DNA from: Armatimonadota bacterium
GTDB taxonomy: Bacteria; Armatimonadota; SYMT01
Direction of reading: 5' to 3'
NCBI GenBank assembly: GCA_041690135.1
Contig: JAWLHY010000001.1
Location: forward strand, 1,280,001-1,344,000
Length of the DNA: 64,000 nt
Below the pieces are notes generated by a model. It saw nothing but the letters and a program-made list of their open reading frames with translations. It did not search any database and had not been told where the DNA came from. This document shows positions 18,204 through 26,518 of this stretch, in pieces (positions within the stretch are counted from its first letter, which is position 1; each line of letters begins with the position of its first letter). Both the position numbers and the translations under genes were made by a program.

Positions 18204-19349
18204 GTGGAAGCCATGCGTTCAGCGGTCGAGACGGCGGAGAGAGTGGCGCGCGAGGCACTCGCGCCCTGGGCGGAGCATGTGGACCGGGAGGGTCGCTGGC
18301 CGGCGGAGTCTCGGGCGGCGCTCGGTGGAGCCGGGTTGCTTGGGCTCGCTGTCCCCGAAGCCTATGGAGGCCTCGGTGCTTCTCCGACCGTGGTGTCGGC
18401 GGTCGTGCGCACGCTGGCGGAGAGTTGTGCCTCCACGGCGATGATCTTCATGATGCACGTGTGCGCGCAGCAGGTGATCGCACAGGCGGAGGCGTTCCCC
18501 TTTCGTGAGGAGATTCTCCGGGCGATGGCCCGCGGGGAGCACCTCAGCACCCTGGCCTTCAGCGAGAAGGGCTCGCGGAGCCACTTCTGGGCGCCGGTGA
18601 GCCAGGCCGTGGCCGACGGAGACATCCATCGGCTCAGTGCGGAGAAGTCCTGGGTCACCAGCGCGGGACAGGCGGACAGTTACGTCGTGTCCACCCGCAG
18701 CACCGCGGCAGCGGAGATGACCGCTTCCACGCTTTACTATGTCCCGAACGGCGCCGCCGGGCTCAGCGTGGCGGGCTCTTGGTCTGGCCTCGGCCTTCGC
18801 GGGAATGCCAGCGCGCCGATGCGGCTCAAAAACGTGTCGGTGCCCGCTTCGCACCGCTTGAGCGGCGAGGGCGAAGGGTTCGGTGCGATGCTCAGCGTGG
18901 TCCTCCCCTGGTTTCAGCTCTGCAGCGCGTCCGTTTCCGTGGGGATCGCCGCGGCGGCGACGGAGGCCACCCGGCGCCACCTGATGGCCTCCAAACTGGA
19001 GCACCTGGACCAATCCCTGGCCTCCCTGATGAACCTGCGCGCGCGGTTGGCCCAGATGCAGATCGCCGTCGACACCCAGCGCGTGTTCCTGAACCACGTG
19101 GCGGGCCGGATGGAGAATCCCGGCCCCGACACGATGCTGGCAGTGCTGGAGAGCAAAGCCGCCGCCGCCGAGGTGGCGCTCGAGGTGACCGATCTGGCGA
19201 TGCGGACCTGCGGAGGCGCCGCGTTTAGCCGGCACCTGGGTGTGGAGCGGAATTTCCGTGATGCCCGCGCCGGGGCGGTGATGGCCCCCACGACCGACGT
19301 ACTGCATGATTTCATCGGCAAGGCACTCCTTGAGATGCCGCTGTTCTGA
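18204..19349 (+). CDS. Acyl-CoA dehydrogenase-fold flavoprotein (non-canonical)
   Basis: LGLAVPEAYGGLG, LAFSEKGSRS, KSWVTSAG, GLGLRGNAS, CGGAAF, VERNFRDARA; usual catalytic Glu not apparent. Confidence 0.9.
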   Translation: MEAMRSAVETAERVAREALAPWAEHVDREGRWPAESRAALGGAGLLGLAVPEAYGGLGASPTVVSAVVRTLAESCASTAMIFMMHVCAQQVIAQAEAFPFREEILRAMARGEHLSTLAFSEKGSRSHFWAPVSQAVADGDIHRLSAEKSWVTSAGQADSYVVSTRSTAAAEMTASTLYYVPNGAAGLSVAGSWSGLGLRGNASAPMRLKNVSVPASHRLSGEGEGFGAMLSVVLPWFQLCSASVSVGIAAAATEATRRHLMASKLEHLDQSLASLMNLRARLAQMQIAVDTQRVFLNHVAGRMENPGPDTMLAVLESKAAAAEVALEVTDLAMRTCGGAAFSRHLGVERNFRDARAGAVMAPTTDVLHDFIGKALLEMPLF

Positions 19350-19387
19350 TGCCGCTCTTTTGAAGCCGCTTACTTGAGGGTACCCCT

Positions 19388-20221
19388 ATGGACCGTCCGA
19401 TCTTGATTGGCGCCGTCGCCTACGACCAGCGTGTGGTCCCGATCTGGGAAGGCATGCGCGACTACTTCCGCGAGGCCGGCATGCCGATCGACTACGTCCT
19501 CTACTCGAACTACGACCGGCAGGTAGAGGCCCTCCTGGACCGGCAAATCGATATCGCCTGGAACACCAACCTGGCCTGGCTGAAGGTCTGTCGCCGCACC
19601 GACAACCGCTGCCGGGCGCTCGCGATGCGGGATGTGGACGCCGATTTCAAGACCGTTTTCGTGGCGCGGACGGACAGCGGCATCCAGTCGCTCGCCGATA
19701 TTCATGGCAAGCGTCTGGCCCTCGGCTCCGCCGACTCCGGTCAGGCCGCCATCCTTCCCATTGAGTTTCTCCGCGAAGCCGGCGTGGATGCCGAGCGAGA
19801 GTGCCGGGTGTCCCGGTTCAACCTGGACGTGGGCAAACACGGCGACACGGGCACCAGCGAGCTGGAAGTTCTGCGCGCCCTCCGTGACGGGGAGGCGGAT
19901 GCGGGCGCCATGGCGGACTCTACCTGGATCCGGCAGGTCACCGAAGGACGGGTGGACCCGACGCAGGTGCGCGCGATCTGGACCTCTCCCGGCTACTGCC
20001 ACTGCAACTTCACGGTCCTGGAAGATTTCCCCGAAGAAGTCGGGCGCAACTGGACCGGCACTCTCCTGACGATGACCTACGACAATCCTCGCTGGCGGGA
20101 GTTGATGGACCTGGAGGGCCTCAAGCGCTGGCTGGAGGCCACGCCGGAGGTGATGAAGGGCTACGATAGCCTCTGGGAAGCGGTGGAGCGCCAGGGCCTG
20201 ACCCGCAACTGGCCGTCGTGA
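19388..20221 (+). CDS. PhnD/SsuA-type substrate-binding-fold protein lacking a signal peptide
   Basis: YDRQVEALLDRQIDIAW, IQSLADIHGKRLALGSADS, ALRDGEADAG; hydrophilic N-terminus. Confidence 0.85.
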   Translation: MDRPILIGAVAYDQRVVPIWEGMRDYFREAGMPIDYVLYSNYDRQVEALLDRQIDIAWNTNLAWLKVCRRTDNRCRALAMRDVDADFKTVFVARTDSGIQSLADIHGKRLALGSADSGQAAILPIEFLREAGVDAERECRVSRFNLDVGKHGDTGTSELEVLRALRDGEADAGAMADSTWIRQVTEGRVDPTQVRAIWTSPGYCHCNFTVLEDFPEEVGRNWTGTLLTMTYDNPRWRELMDLEGLKRWLEATPEVMKGYDSLWEAVERQGLTRNWPS

Positions 20222-21495
20222 GTTCCCGAATGGAAGAGTTTCCGCAGCCGGCAGCGCTGGTCGAGGGCGGCGCACTGGAAGTGGGCAACGGCCTGCTGAT
20301 GCTTCTTCGCGAAGCCATGGAGCCGCTCCCGCCGGACGCCGTGGTGGCCGTACGCGCCTCCCACCCCACGGTGGCTCACGACCTGCCCGCCTGGTGCCGG
20401 GTGATGGCGCATACGTACATGGGTGCGGCGTCCGGCCCGGATGGAACGGTCTACTACTTCCGGAAGAGCCCCTTCCTCCCCATCGCCACCGAAGAGCGGC
20501 CGGACTGGGGGGTGCGGATGCCCCGTCGCGACAACGGGGAACTCCACACACGGGATTGGATGGTCGGCCGGGTGGAGGCGGTGCCGGACCGGGCGACCAC
20601 CACCACCGGATTCGCGCCGCGTGGAGCCGTAGTAGAGCAGGGCGCGCCGGCTTTCGACTTCACCATCAACGAGCGCTCCGCGGTGTGGGCGGCGGAGGTC
20701 GCGGATCTCTACGAGCAGGCGACGGCCAACCAGTGGGACGCCTCTCGCGATATTCCGTGGGACCGCCTGGAGCCGCTGCCGGAACCGCTGGAGCGGGCTG
20801 TCTGCCAGTTGATGACGTTTCTGACGGAGAACGAGTACTCTGCTCTCTACGTCCCCGCGAAGTTCGTCCCGCGCATCAACCCGCAGTTCAATGAAGTCGT
20901 GATGTTCCTCTGCACGCAGATGATGGATGAATCACGGCACATCGAGGCTTTCACCAAGCGTGCCCTGGCCAACGGCGGCGGGCTCCAGTACTCGGCCGCG
21001 TCAACCCAGCTCAGCCTGAAGACGCTGTTCGATCAACACGACTTCACCTCCGCCTCCTTCCTCCTCTCCGTGCTTGGCGAGGGGACCTTCCTGGATCTCC
21101 TGCGGTTCATCGAGACGCACGCGCCGGACCCGGTAACCGCCGAGATCTGTCGCCGCGCGCGCGTGGACGAGACGCGCCACGTGCATTTCGGGATGGCCCA
21201 CATGCGCTACTACCTCGCGCAGGACCCGGCCAACTATGAGCACCTCGAACGGGCGGTGCGGGAGCGGGCCGCGTTCATGCAGTCGGTGACGGAGGTGAGC
21301 CCGCGGGTCCAGGAAGCGCTGGCGATCCTCGCGGCGGGTGGCTTGAACGCGGACCGCCTGCCGGAAGGGCTGGCGAAAGTGCGGGCTCTCGTGAGTGAGA
21401 TGCACGAGCACCGCATGCGCCGTCTCTTGGCCGCCGGCTTCTCCGCGGAGCAGGCAGTCGAGATCTCCCGCCTCCACACCCCGAACTTCATGTAA
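20218..21495 (+). CDS. TusA-like N-terminal domain fused to a ferritin-like diiron-carboxylate domain
   Basis: N-term LREAMEPLPPDAVVAVRASHPTVAHDLPAWCR (TusA/SirA-like); ENE...DESRH...GEG...DETRH diiron ligands; GTGA overlap with the upstream stop. Confidence 0.8.
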   Translation: MSSRMEEFPQPAALVEGGALEVGNGLLMLLREAMEPLPPDAVVAVRASHPTVAHDLPAWCRVMAHTYMGAASGPDGTVYYFRKSPFLPIATEERPDWGVRMPRRDNGELHTRDWMVGRVEAVPDRATTTTGFAPRGAVVEQGAPAFDFTINERSAVWAAEVADLYEQATANQWDASRDIPWDRLEPLPEPLERAVCQLMTFLTENEYSALYVPAKFVPRINPQFNEVVMFLCTQMMDESRHIEAFTKRALANGGGLQYSAASTQLSLKTLFDQHDFTSASFLLSVLGEGTFLDLLRFIETHAPDPVTAEICRRARVDETRHVHFGMAHMRYYLAQDPANYEHLERAVRERAAFMQSVTEVSPRVQEALAILAAGGLNADRLPEGLAKVRALVSEMHEHRMRRLLAAGFSAEQAVEISRLHTPNFM

Positions 21496-21556
21496 GCGGT
21501 CTTCGCCACTCCGGCCCCGAAGGAGCCTCAATCCCCGGCCCCCTCGGGGGCTGCAG

Positions 21557-21588
21557 CCTTCCAACCTTCAACCTTCAACCTTCAACCT
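21557..21588 (+). repeat. Short tandem heptamer repeat (CCTTCAA)n
   Basis: ccttccaa ccttcaa ccttcaa ccttcaa cct. Confidence 0.85.
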
Positions 21589-21599
21589 CTCCAAAGGTA

Positions 21600-21629
21600 T
21601 TGACATCCCCCCGCGCGAGCCGCTACTAT
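21600..21629 (+). promoter_or_regulatory. Sigma70-type promoter for tRNA-Gln
   Basis: TTGACA-N18-TACTAT, ending 10 nt before the tRNA 5' end. Confidence 0.75.
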
Positions 21630-21639
21630 ACAACCACGT

Positions 21640-21712
21640 TGCCGGATAGCTCAGTTGGCAGAGCGACTGACTCTGGATCAGTAGGTCCTAGGTTCGAGCC
21701 CTAGTCCGGCAG
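21640..21712 (+). tRNA. tRNA-Gln (anticodon CTG), CCA not encoded
   Basis: Cloverleaf: TGCCGGA/TCCGGCA acceptor, GCTC/GAGC D-arm, ACTGA-CTCTGGA-TCAGT anticodon arm, CTAGG-TTCGAGC-CCTAG T-arm; U1-A72, G73. Confidence 0.97.
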
Positions 21713-21781
21713 TGTTTCCCACCCCATTGGATTGACCAGGAGCGCCCCTTCCCGCTGCGCCCCGACGTCGATCGCAAAAGA

Positions 21782-21821
21782 GGCCGGGCAGGTCGCGACC
21801 CTCGCGTCTGTCCGGTTTTTT
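21782..21821 (+). terminator. Intrinsic terminator-like hairpin between tRNA-Gln and glnS
   Basis: GCCGGGCAG..CGCGA/TCGCG..CTGTCCGGT followed by a T run. Confidence 0.6.
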
Positions 21822-21861
21822 CACGTCTAGTGGACCGAGGAATTGGAGCAGGGAGACGAGA

Positions 21862-23589
21862 GTGAGCCAGGGACAAGAAGTGGAGAAGACGGTAACTTCG
21901 GCGGACTCCGCGGGTCGTCGCGAAGTGCCGACCGACTACATCCGGGAAGCGATCAAGGAAGACCTCCGCAACGGACGGTTCGACCGCGTGCACACGCGCT
22001 TTCCTCCGGAGCCGAACGCCTACCTGCACATCGGGCACGCGAAGGCCGTCTGGATCGACTACGGCATCGCGCTGGACTTCGGCGGGTTGTTCAACCTGCG
22101 CTTCGATGATACGAACCCGGTGCGCGAAGATCAGGAGTTTGTGGACGGCATTATCGAGGACGTGCGCTGGCTCGGTGCCGACTGGGGTGACCGGCTCTGC
22201 TTCGCATCCGACTACTTCGAGCAGATGTACGCGTGGGCTCTTGACCTGATCCGCAAGGGTAAGGCCTACGTGTGCGATCTTACGGCGGAGGAGCTGAGCG
22301 CCACCCGCGGCACCCTCACCACTCCGGGCCAGGAAAGTCCCTTCCGGAACCGCAGCGTGGAGGAGAACCTGGACCTGTTCGCGCGCATGCGGGCCGGCGA
22401 ATTTCCCGACGGCGCCCGGACGCTCCGCGCGAAGATCGACATGGCCTCGCCGAACATGGTCATGCGCGATCCCGTGATGTACCGCATCCTTCATACCAAG
22501 CACCATCGCCAGGGCGATAAGTGGTGCATCTACCCGACCTACGACTGGGCCCACGGCCTCGAGGATTCCATCGAGGGGGTCACCCACTCCCTCTGCTCGC
22601 AGGAGTACGAGATCCACCGGCCGCTCTATGACTGGTTCCTGGATGAACTGGACATCTATCATCCGCGCCAGATCGAGTTCGCGCGCCTGAACCTGACCCA
22701 CACCGTGATGAGCAAGCGCCGCTTCATCGAGCTGGTGAACGGAGGGCACGTCCAGGGCTACGACGATCCCCGGCTGCCGACGCTCGCCGGGCTGCGCCGC
22801 CGCGGCTACACGCCCGAAGCGATTCGGGAGTTCTGCCGTCGGATCGGCGTCTCTAAGACGGATAGCTGCGTGGAAGTGGCGTACCTGGAAGACTGCGTCC
22901 GCGAGGACCTGAACCGGTGGTCGCCCCGCGTGATGTCTGTGCTGGACCCGCTGAAGGTGGTGCTGGTGAACTACCCCGAGGGCCAGACGGAAGAGCTCGA
23001 CGTCATCAACAACCCCGAGGATCCCGCCGCCGGAACCCGCAAGGTGACCTTCGCCCGCGAGCTGTACATCGAGCGCGACGACTTCCGCGAGGAGCCGCCG
23101 CCCAAGTTCTTCCGGCTGGCTCCCGGTCGTGAGGTCCGGCTGCGGAACGCCTACCTGGTCCGGTGCGTGGACGTGATCAAGGACGCGGAAGGCAACGTCA
23201 CCGAGGTCCACTGCACCTACGATCCGGAGACCCGCGGTGGGGATGCGCCGGACGGACGCAAGGTAAAGGCTACCCTGCACTGGCTCGCGGCCCCGGCAGC
23301 CGTTCCGGCCGAGGTCCGGCTCTACGACCACCTGTTCGTGAAACCGGATCCGGACGACGTGGAGCCCGGCCAGACCTACTTCGACAATCTCAACCCGAAC
23401 TCGCTGAAGGTGGTCTCGGGATTTGTGGAACCGGCCGTAGCCGAAGCGGCCCCCGGCACGCGCTACCAGTTCGAGCGCCTGGGTTACTTCTGCGTGGACA
23501 AGGAATCCACGCCGGAGAGACCCGTCTTCAACCGGACAGTTACCCTCCGCGATACCTGGGCCAAAATCGAAAAGCGCACGGGCAAGTAA
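21862..23589 (+). CDS. glnS: Glutamine--tRNA ligase
   Basis: [56 protein letters not shown]. Confidence 0.97.
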   Translation: MSQGQEVEKTVTSADSAGRREVPTDYIREAIKEDLRNGRFDRVHTRFPPEPNAYLHIGHAKAVWIDYGIALDFGGLFNLRFDDTNPVREDQEFVDGIIEDVRWLGADWGDRLCFASDYFEQMYAWALDLIRKGKAYVCDLTAEELSATRGTLTTPGQESPFRNRSVEENLDLFARMRAGEFPDGARTLRAKIDMASPNMVMRDPVMYRILHTKHHRQGDKWCIYPTYDWAHGLEDSIEGVTHSLCSQEYEIHRPLYDWFLDELDIYHPRQIEFARLNLTHTVMSKRRFIELVNGGHVQGYDDPRLPTLAGLRRRGYTPEAIREFCRRIGVSKTDSCVEVAYLEDCVREDLNRWSPRVMSVLDPLKVVLVNYPEGQTEELDVINNPEDPAAGTRKVTFARELYIERDDFREEPPPKFFRLAPGREVRLRNAYLVRCVDVIKDAEGNVTEVHCTYDPETRGGDAPDGRKVKATLHWLAAPAAVPAEVRLYDHLFVKPDPDDVEPGQTYFDNLNPNSLKVVSGFVEPAVAEAAPGTRYQFERLGYFCVDKESTPERPVFNRTVTLRDTWAKIEKRTGK

Positions 23590-23716
23590 CCGCCTGATCG
23601 TATTCGTGACGGCCGACCACCGCCCCAACGGAGGAGGCGCAGGTCCGGAGCACAAAACCTATGGGCGTGAAGCGCAAGACGGACTTGCGCTTCACGCCCT
23701 TTGCATTTGGCACAGC

Positions 23717-25687
23717 ATGAAACCTCTCCCTCTCGCTTATCGCCAGGTCCACCTCGACTTCCACACTTCGGAACTGATCACCGGGATCGGCCGCGACTTC
23801 GATGCCGGCCGCTTCGCGCGCACGCTCAAAGAAGCGCACGTTAATTCCGTGACCTGCTTCTCCCGCTGCCACCACGGGATGATCTACCACGACACCCGGT
23901 TCCCCGCGCGGCATCCGCACCTGGAAGTCAACCTGCTCCAGGAGCAGATCGAGGCCTGTCACGCGGAGGGCATCCGGGTGCCGATCTACATCAGCGTGGG
24001 CTTCGACGAGTTCATGGCCCGGCGCCATCCGGAATGGGTGGAACTGGGCGGGGACGGAAAGGTCCGGGGCGCGGCGCCGCTGGAGGCGGGCTGGCGCAAA
24101 CTCTGTCTCAATACCCCCTACATCGATTACGTCTCCGAGCAGACGCAGGAAGTGCTGTCCCTCTTCCCCACGGATGGGCTGTTTTTCGACATCATCCACC
24201 AGGGGCCGTGCTGTTGTCGCTGGTGCATGGAGGGCATGCAGGCGGAGGGCGTCGACCCGGAAGACGAAGGTCAGCGGAAGGCCTACGCGCGAGAAGTGCT
24301 GAACCGCCTCCGGACACGCATCACCCGGGAGGTGCGCGAGGTCAACCCGGACTGCCTGATCTTCTGGAACAGCGGCCACGTGGACCCCACCTTCCGGCCG
24401 GTGCTCCACACCTTCTCCCACCTGGAGATCGAGAGCCTCCCCAGTGGCGGGTGGGGCTATGATCATTTCCCCACTTCGGTCCGCTACGCCCGCAACCTGG
24501 GCCTCGACCACCTGGGGATGACCGGCAAGTTCCACAAGACCTGGGCCGGTTTCGGGGAGTTCAAGAACCCTCCGGCCCTGGAGTACGACTGCTTCACCGC
24601 CCTGGCCGAAGGCAGCAAATGCTCCATCGGCGACCAGCTCCATCCCAACGGGGAGCTGGACCCCGCCACGTACGAGCTCATCGGGGGCGTCTATGCGCAA
24701 GTGGCAGCCCGCGAGCCGTGGTGCGCCGGGGCGAAGGCGGTGACGGAGATCGCCATCTTCAATCCGGAGGCCATTGGGGTCCACGATGGCCGGGTCGATA
24801 CCTCCGCGGGTGGCGCGCACCGGATGCTGGTGGAGGCCCACTACCAGCACGACATGGTGGACGAGGAGATGGACTGGTCTCGCTACCGGGTCCTGATCTT
24901 ACCGGACAAAATCCGCCTCCACGACGCGCTCGCCGCGAAGTTCCGGGCTTATCTCGCCCAGGGAGGCAGCCTCATCGCCTCCCATCTCTCGGGGTTGGCC
25001 GCGGACCGCGACGAGTTTGTTCTGCCGGAACTCGGCGTGACCTACCGCGGTGTAGCGCCCTTTTCACCGGACTACGTGGCGCCGGGACCGGAGATCGCCG
25101 CGGGCATCCCGGCGAGCCAGCACGTGATGTACGAGCGCGGCCTGGAGGTGGAGACGAAAGGCGCGGAGGAGTTGGCACGCGTTTGGCACCCCTATTTCAA
25201 CCGCACCTACGCGCACTTCTGCAGCCACCGTCATACCCCTGCGGAGAAAGAGAGCCCCTTCCCGGCTGTAACCCGGAACGGGCGGGTGATCTACTTCGCC
25301 CATCCCCTCTTCGCCGCGTTCAAACAGCACGGCCTTCGGGTCTATAAGCAGCTCTTCCTGAACGCCCTTCGCCTGCTGCTTCCCGAGCCCCTGATCGCGA
25401 CCGACGCCCCCTCCACGGCCCGGATCTCGCTCGCCCGCCAGGACAATCCGGTCCGTACGATCGTCCATCTCCTCCACTACATCCCGGAACAGCGCTACCG
25501 CGAGACGCCCATGGTCGAGGAAGCGCTGCCGCTCTTCAACGTGAGCCTGGCCGTCCGCCTGGACCACGAACCCGCCCGCGTTTACCTCGCCCCGGATGGC
25601 GCTTCCCTCCCTTTCACCTGGTCCAACGGCAGGGTTCACCTCACCGTCCCTGAAGCTCGCGGCCACGTGATGGTGGTGTTCGAATGA
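23717..25687 (+). CDS. Glycoside hydrolase, GH151/GHL6-like (putative alpha-L-fucosidase) with beta-galactosidase trimerisation-like domain
   Basis: RQVHLDFHTS, FSRCHHG, DGLFFDI, HLEIESLPSGGWGY, GMTGKFHKTW, IGDQLHP; start taken at ATG 23717. Confidence 0.8.
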   Translation: MKPLPLAYRQVHLDFHTSELITGIGRDFDAGRFARTLKEAHVNSVTCFSRCHHGMIYHDTRFPARHPHLEVNLLQEQIEACHAEGIRVPIYISVGFDEFMARRHPEWVELGGDGKVRGAAPLEAGWRKLCLNTPYIDYVSEQTQEVLSLFPTDGLFFDIIHQGPCCCRWCMEGMQAEGVDPEDEGQRKAYAREVLNRLRTRITREVREVNPDCLIFWNSGHVDPTFRPVLHTFSHLEIESLPSGGWGYDHFPTSVRYARNLGLDHLGMTGKFHKTWAGFGEFKNPPALEYDCFTALAEGSKCSIGDQLHPNGELDPATYELIGGVYAQVAAREPWCAGAKAVTEIAIFNPEAIGVHDGRVDTSAGGAHRMLVEAHYQHDMVDEEMDWSRYRVLILPDKIRLHDALAAKFRAYLAQGGSLIASHLSGLAADRDEFVLPELGVTYRGVAPFSPDYVAPGPEIAAGIPASQHVMYERGLEVETKGAEELARVWHPYFNRTYAHFCSHRHTPAEKESPFPAVTRNGRVIYFAHPLFAAFKQHGLRVYKQLFLNALRLLLPEPLIATDAPSTARISLARQDNPVRTIVHLLHYIPEQRYRETPMVEEALPLFNVSLAVRLDHEPARVYLAPDGASLPFTWSNGRVHLTVPEARGHVMVVFE

Positions 25688-25749
25688 GGGTGATCGCAGT
25701 TGGCAATAATTGCCATCAAGAGGTAGACTCTGATCCAGGAGGAAGATCC

Positions 25750-26034
25750 ATGGCGGTCGAAACAATCAACTTCTCCTTACCGGAGCCACTCAAGCGTTTC
25801 GTTGATGAGCGAGTAGCCGGAGGCGGTTACAGCAGTGCGAGCGAGTACTTGCGCGAACTGATTCGAAAGGATCAGGAACGGCAAGACCGGCAGCACTTGC
25901 TGGTCGAAAAACTGGAAGCATTGCTGCTCGAAGGGTTGAATAGCGGCGAAGCAATCGAATGGACGCCGGAATACCGGGCTCAACGTCGGGAACGTCTGAT
26001 TGCGAGAGCTAAAGCGGAAGGTTGCCGGCCGTAG
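25750..26034 (+). CDS. ParD-family (CC2985-like RHH) antitoxin
   Basis: TINFSLPEPLKRFVDERVAGGGYSSASEYLRELIRKDQ...LLLEGLNSG; AGGAGG SD. Confidence 0.9.
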   Translation: MAVETINFSLPEPLKRFVDERVAGGGYSSASEYLRELIRKDQERQDRQHLLVEKLEALLLEGLNSGEAIEWTPEYRAQRRERLIARAKAEGCRP

Positions 26035-26038
26035 GAAC

Positions 26039-26362
26039 ATGAACCCCCTCGCGATTAACGTACATCCACGCGCCGAAGAGGACTTGGAAGATGCGTTCAT
26101 GTACTTCTCGCGTCGGGCGGGCATCAGTGTGGCCGAGAAGTTTGATGACGCCGTCGGCCGGACTTTGAGCTTGCTGGCGGAACAGCCCGAACTGGGGGCG
26201 ACCGCAACCTTCCGCTCCCGCGGGCTTGCGGACGTCCGAAGATGGGCCGTTCCGGAGTTCAGAAGCTACCTCATTTTCTACCGTTTGACGGAAAGGTCTA
26301 TCGAAGTTCTCCGGGTTCTTCACGGAGCACGCGACCTGGAGCCGCTCCTTCTCGAGGAGTAA
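26039..26362 (+). CDS. ParE/RelE-family toxin
   Basis: PRAEEDLE...PELG...YLIFYR...IEVLRVLHGARDL. Confidence 0.9.
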   Translation: MNPLAINVHPRAEEDLEDAFMYFSRRAGISVAEKFDDAVGRTLSLLAEQPELGATATFRSRGLADVRRWAVPEFRSYLIFYRLTERSIEVLRVLHGARDLEPLLLEE

Positions 26363-26518
26363 ACCGAGGGACTTTCGAGCCCCCCGCCGTCCGCAAAGCT
26401 AGACAATGAATACTTCAGGTGGGCGACCGCTCCGACGTCAACGATTACTCATGCAACAGGGGGCGGGTCGCGGACGTCCTTCTGTCTGGAACACCAACGC
26501 GTAGAGGAGCCAGCCGTC

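Noticed and set aside
17700-18444. Small ORFs in the Fur-ACAD spacer (17700-17948, 17767-18039, 18049-18444)
   Set aside because: No SD, atypical codon usage and no motifs; the region is better explained by promoters and RNA structure
18204-21495. Selenocysteine read-through in the redox operon
   Set aside because: No in-frame TGA at Cys-equivalent positions; the terminal TGAs coincide with natural domain ends
21713-21861. T-box riboswitch upstream of glnS
   Set aside because: No T-box consensus (GGTGG.ACC) or stem I; leader too short
21688-23655. 655-aa minus-strand ORF
   Set aside because: Antisense shadow of glnS
21640-26400. tRNA-anchored genomic island or prophage
   Set aside because: No integrase and no duplicated tRNA 3' end seen; the downstream gene is housekeeping glnS
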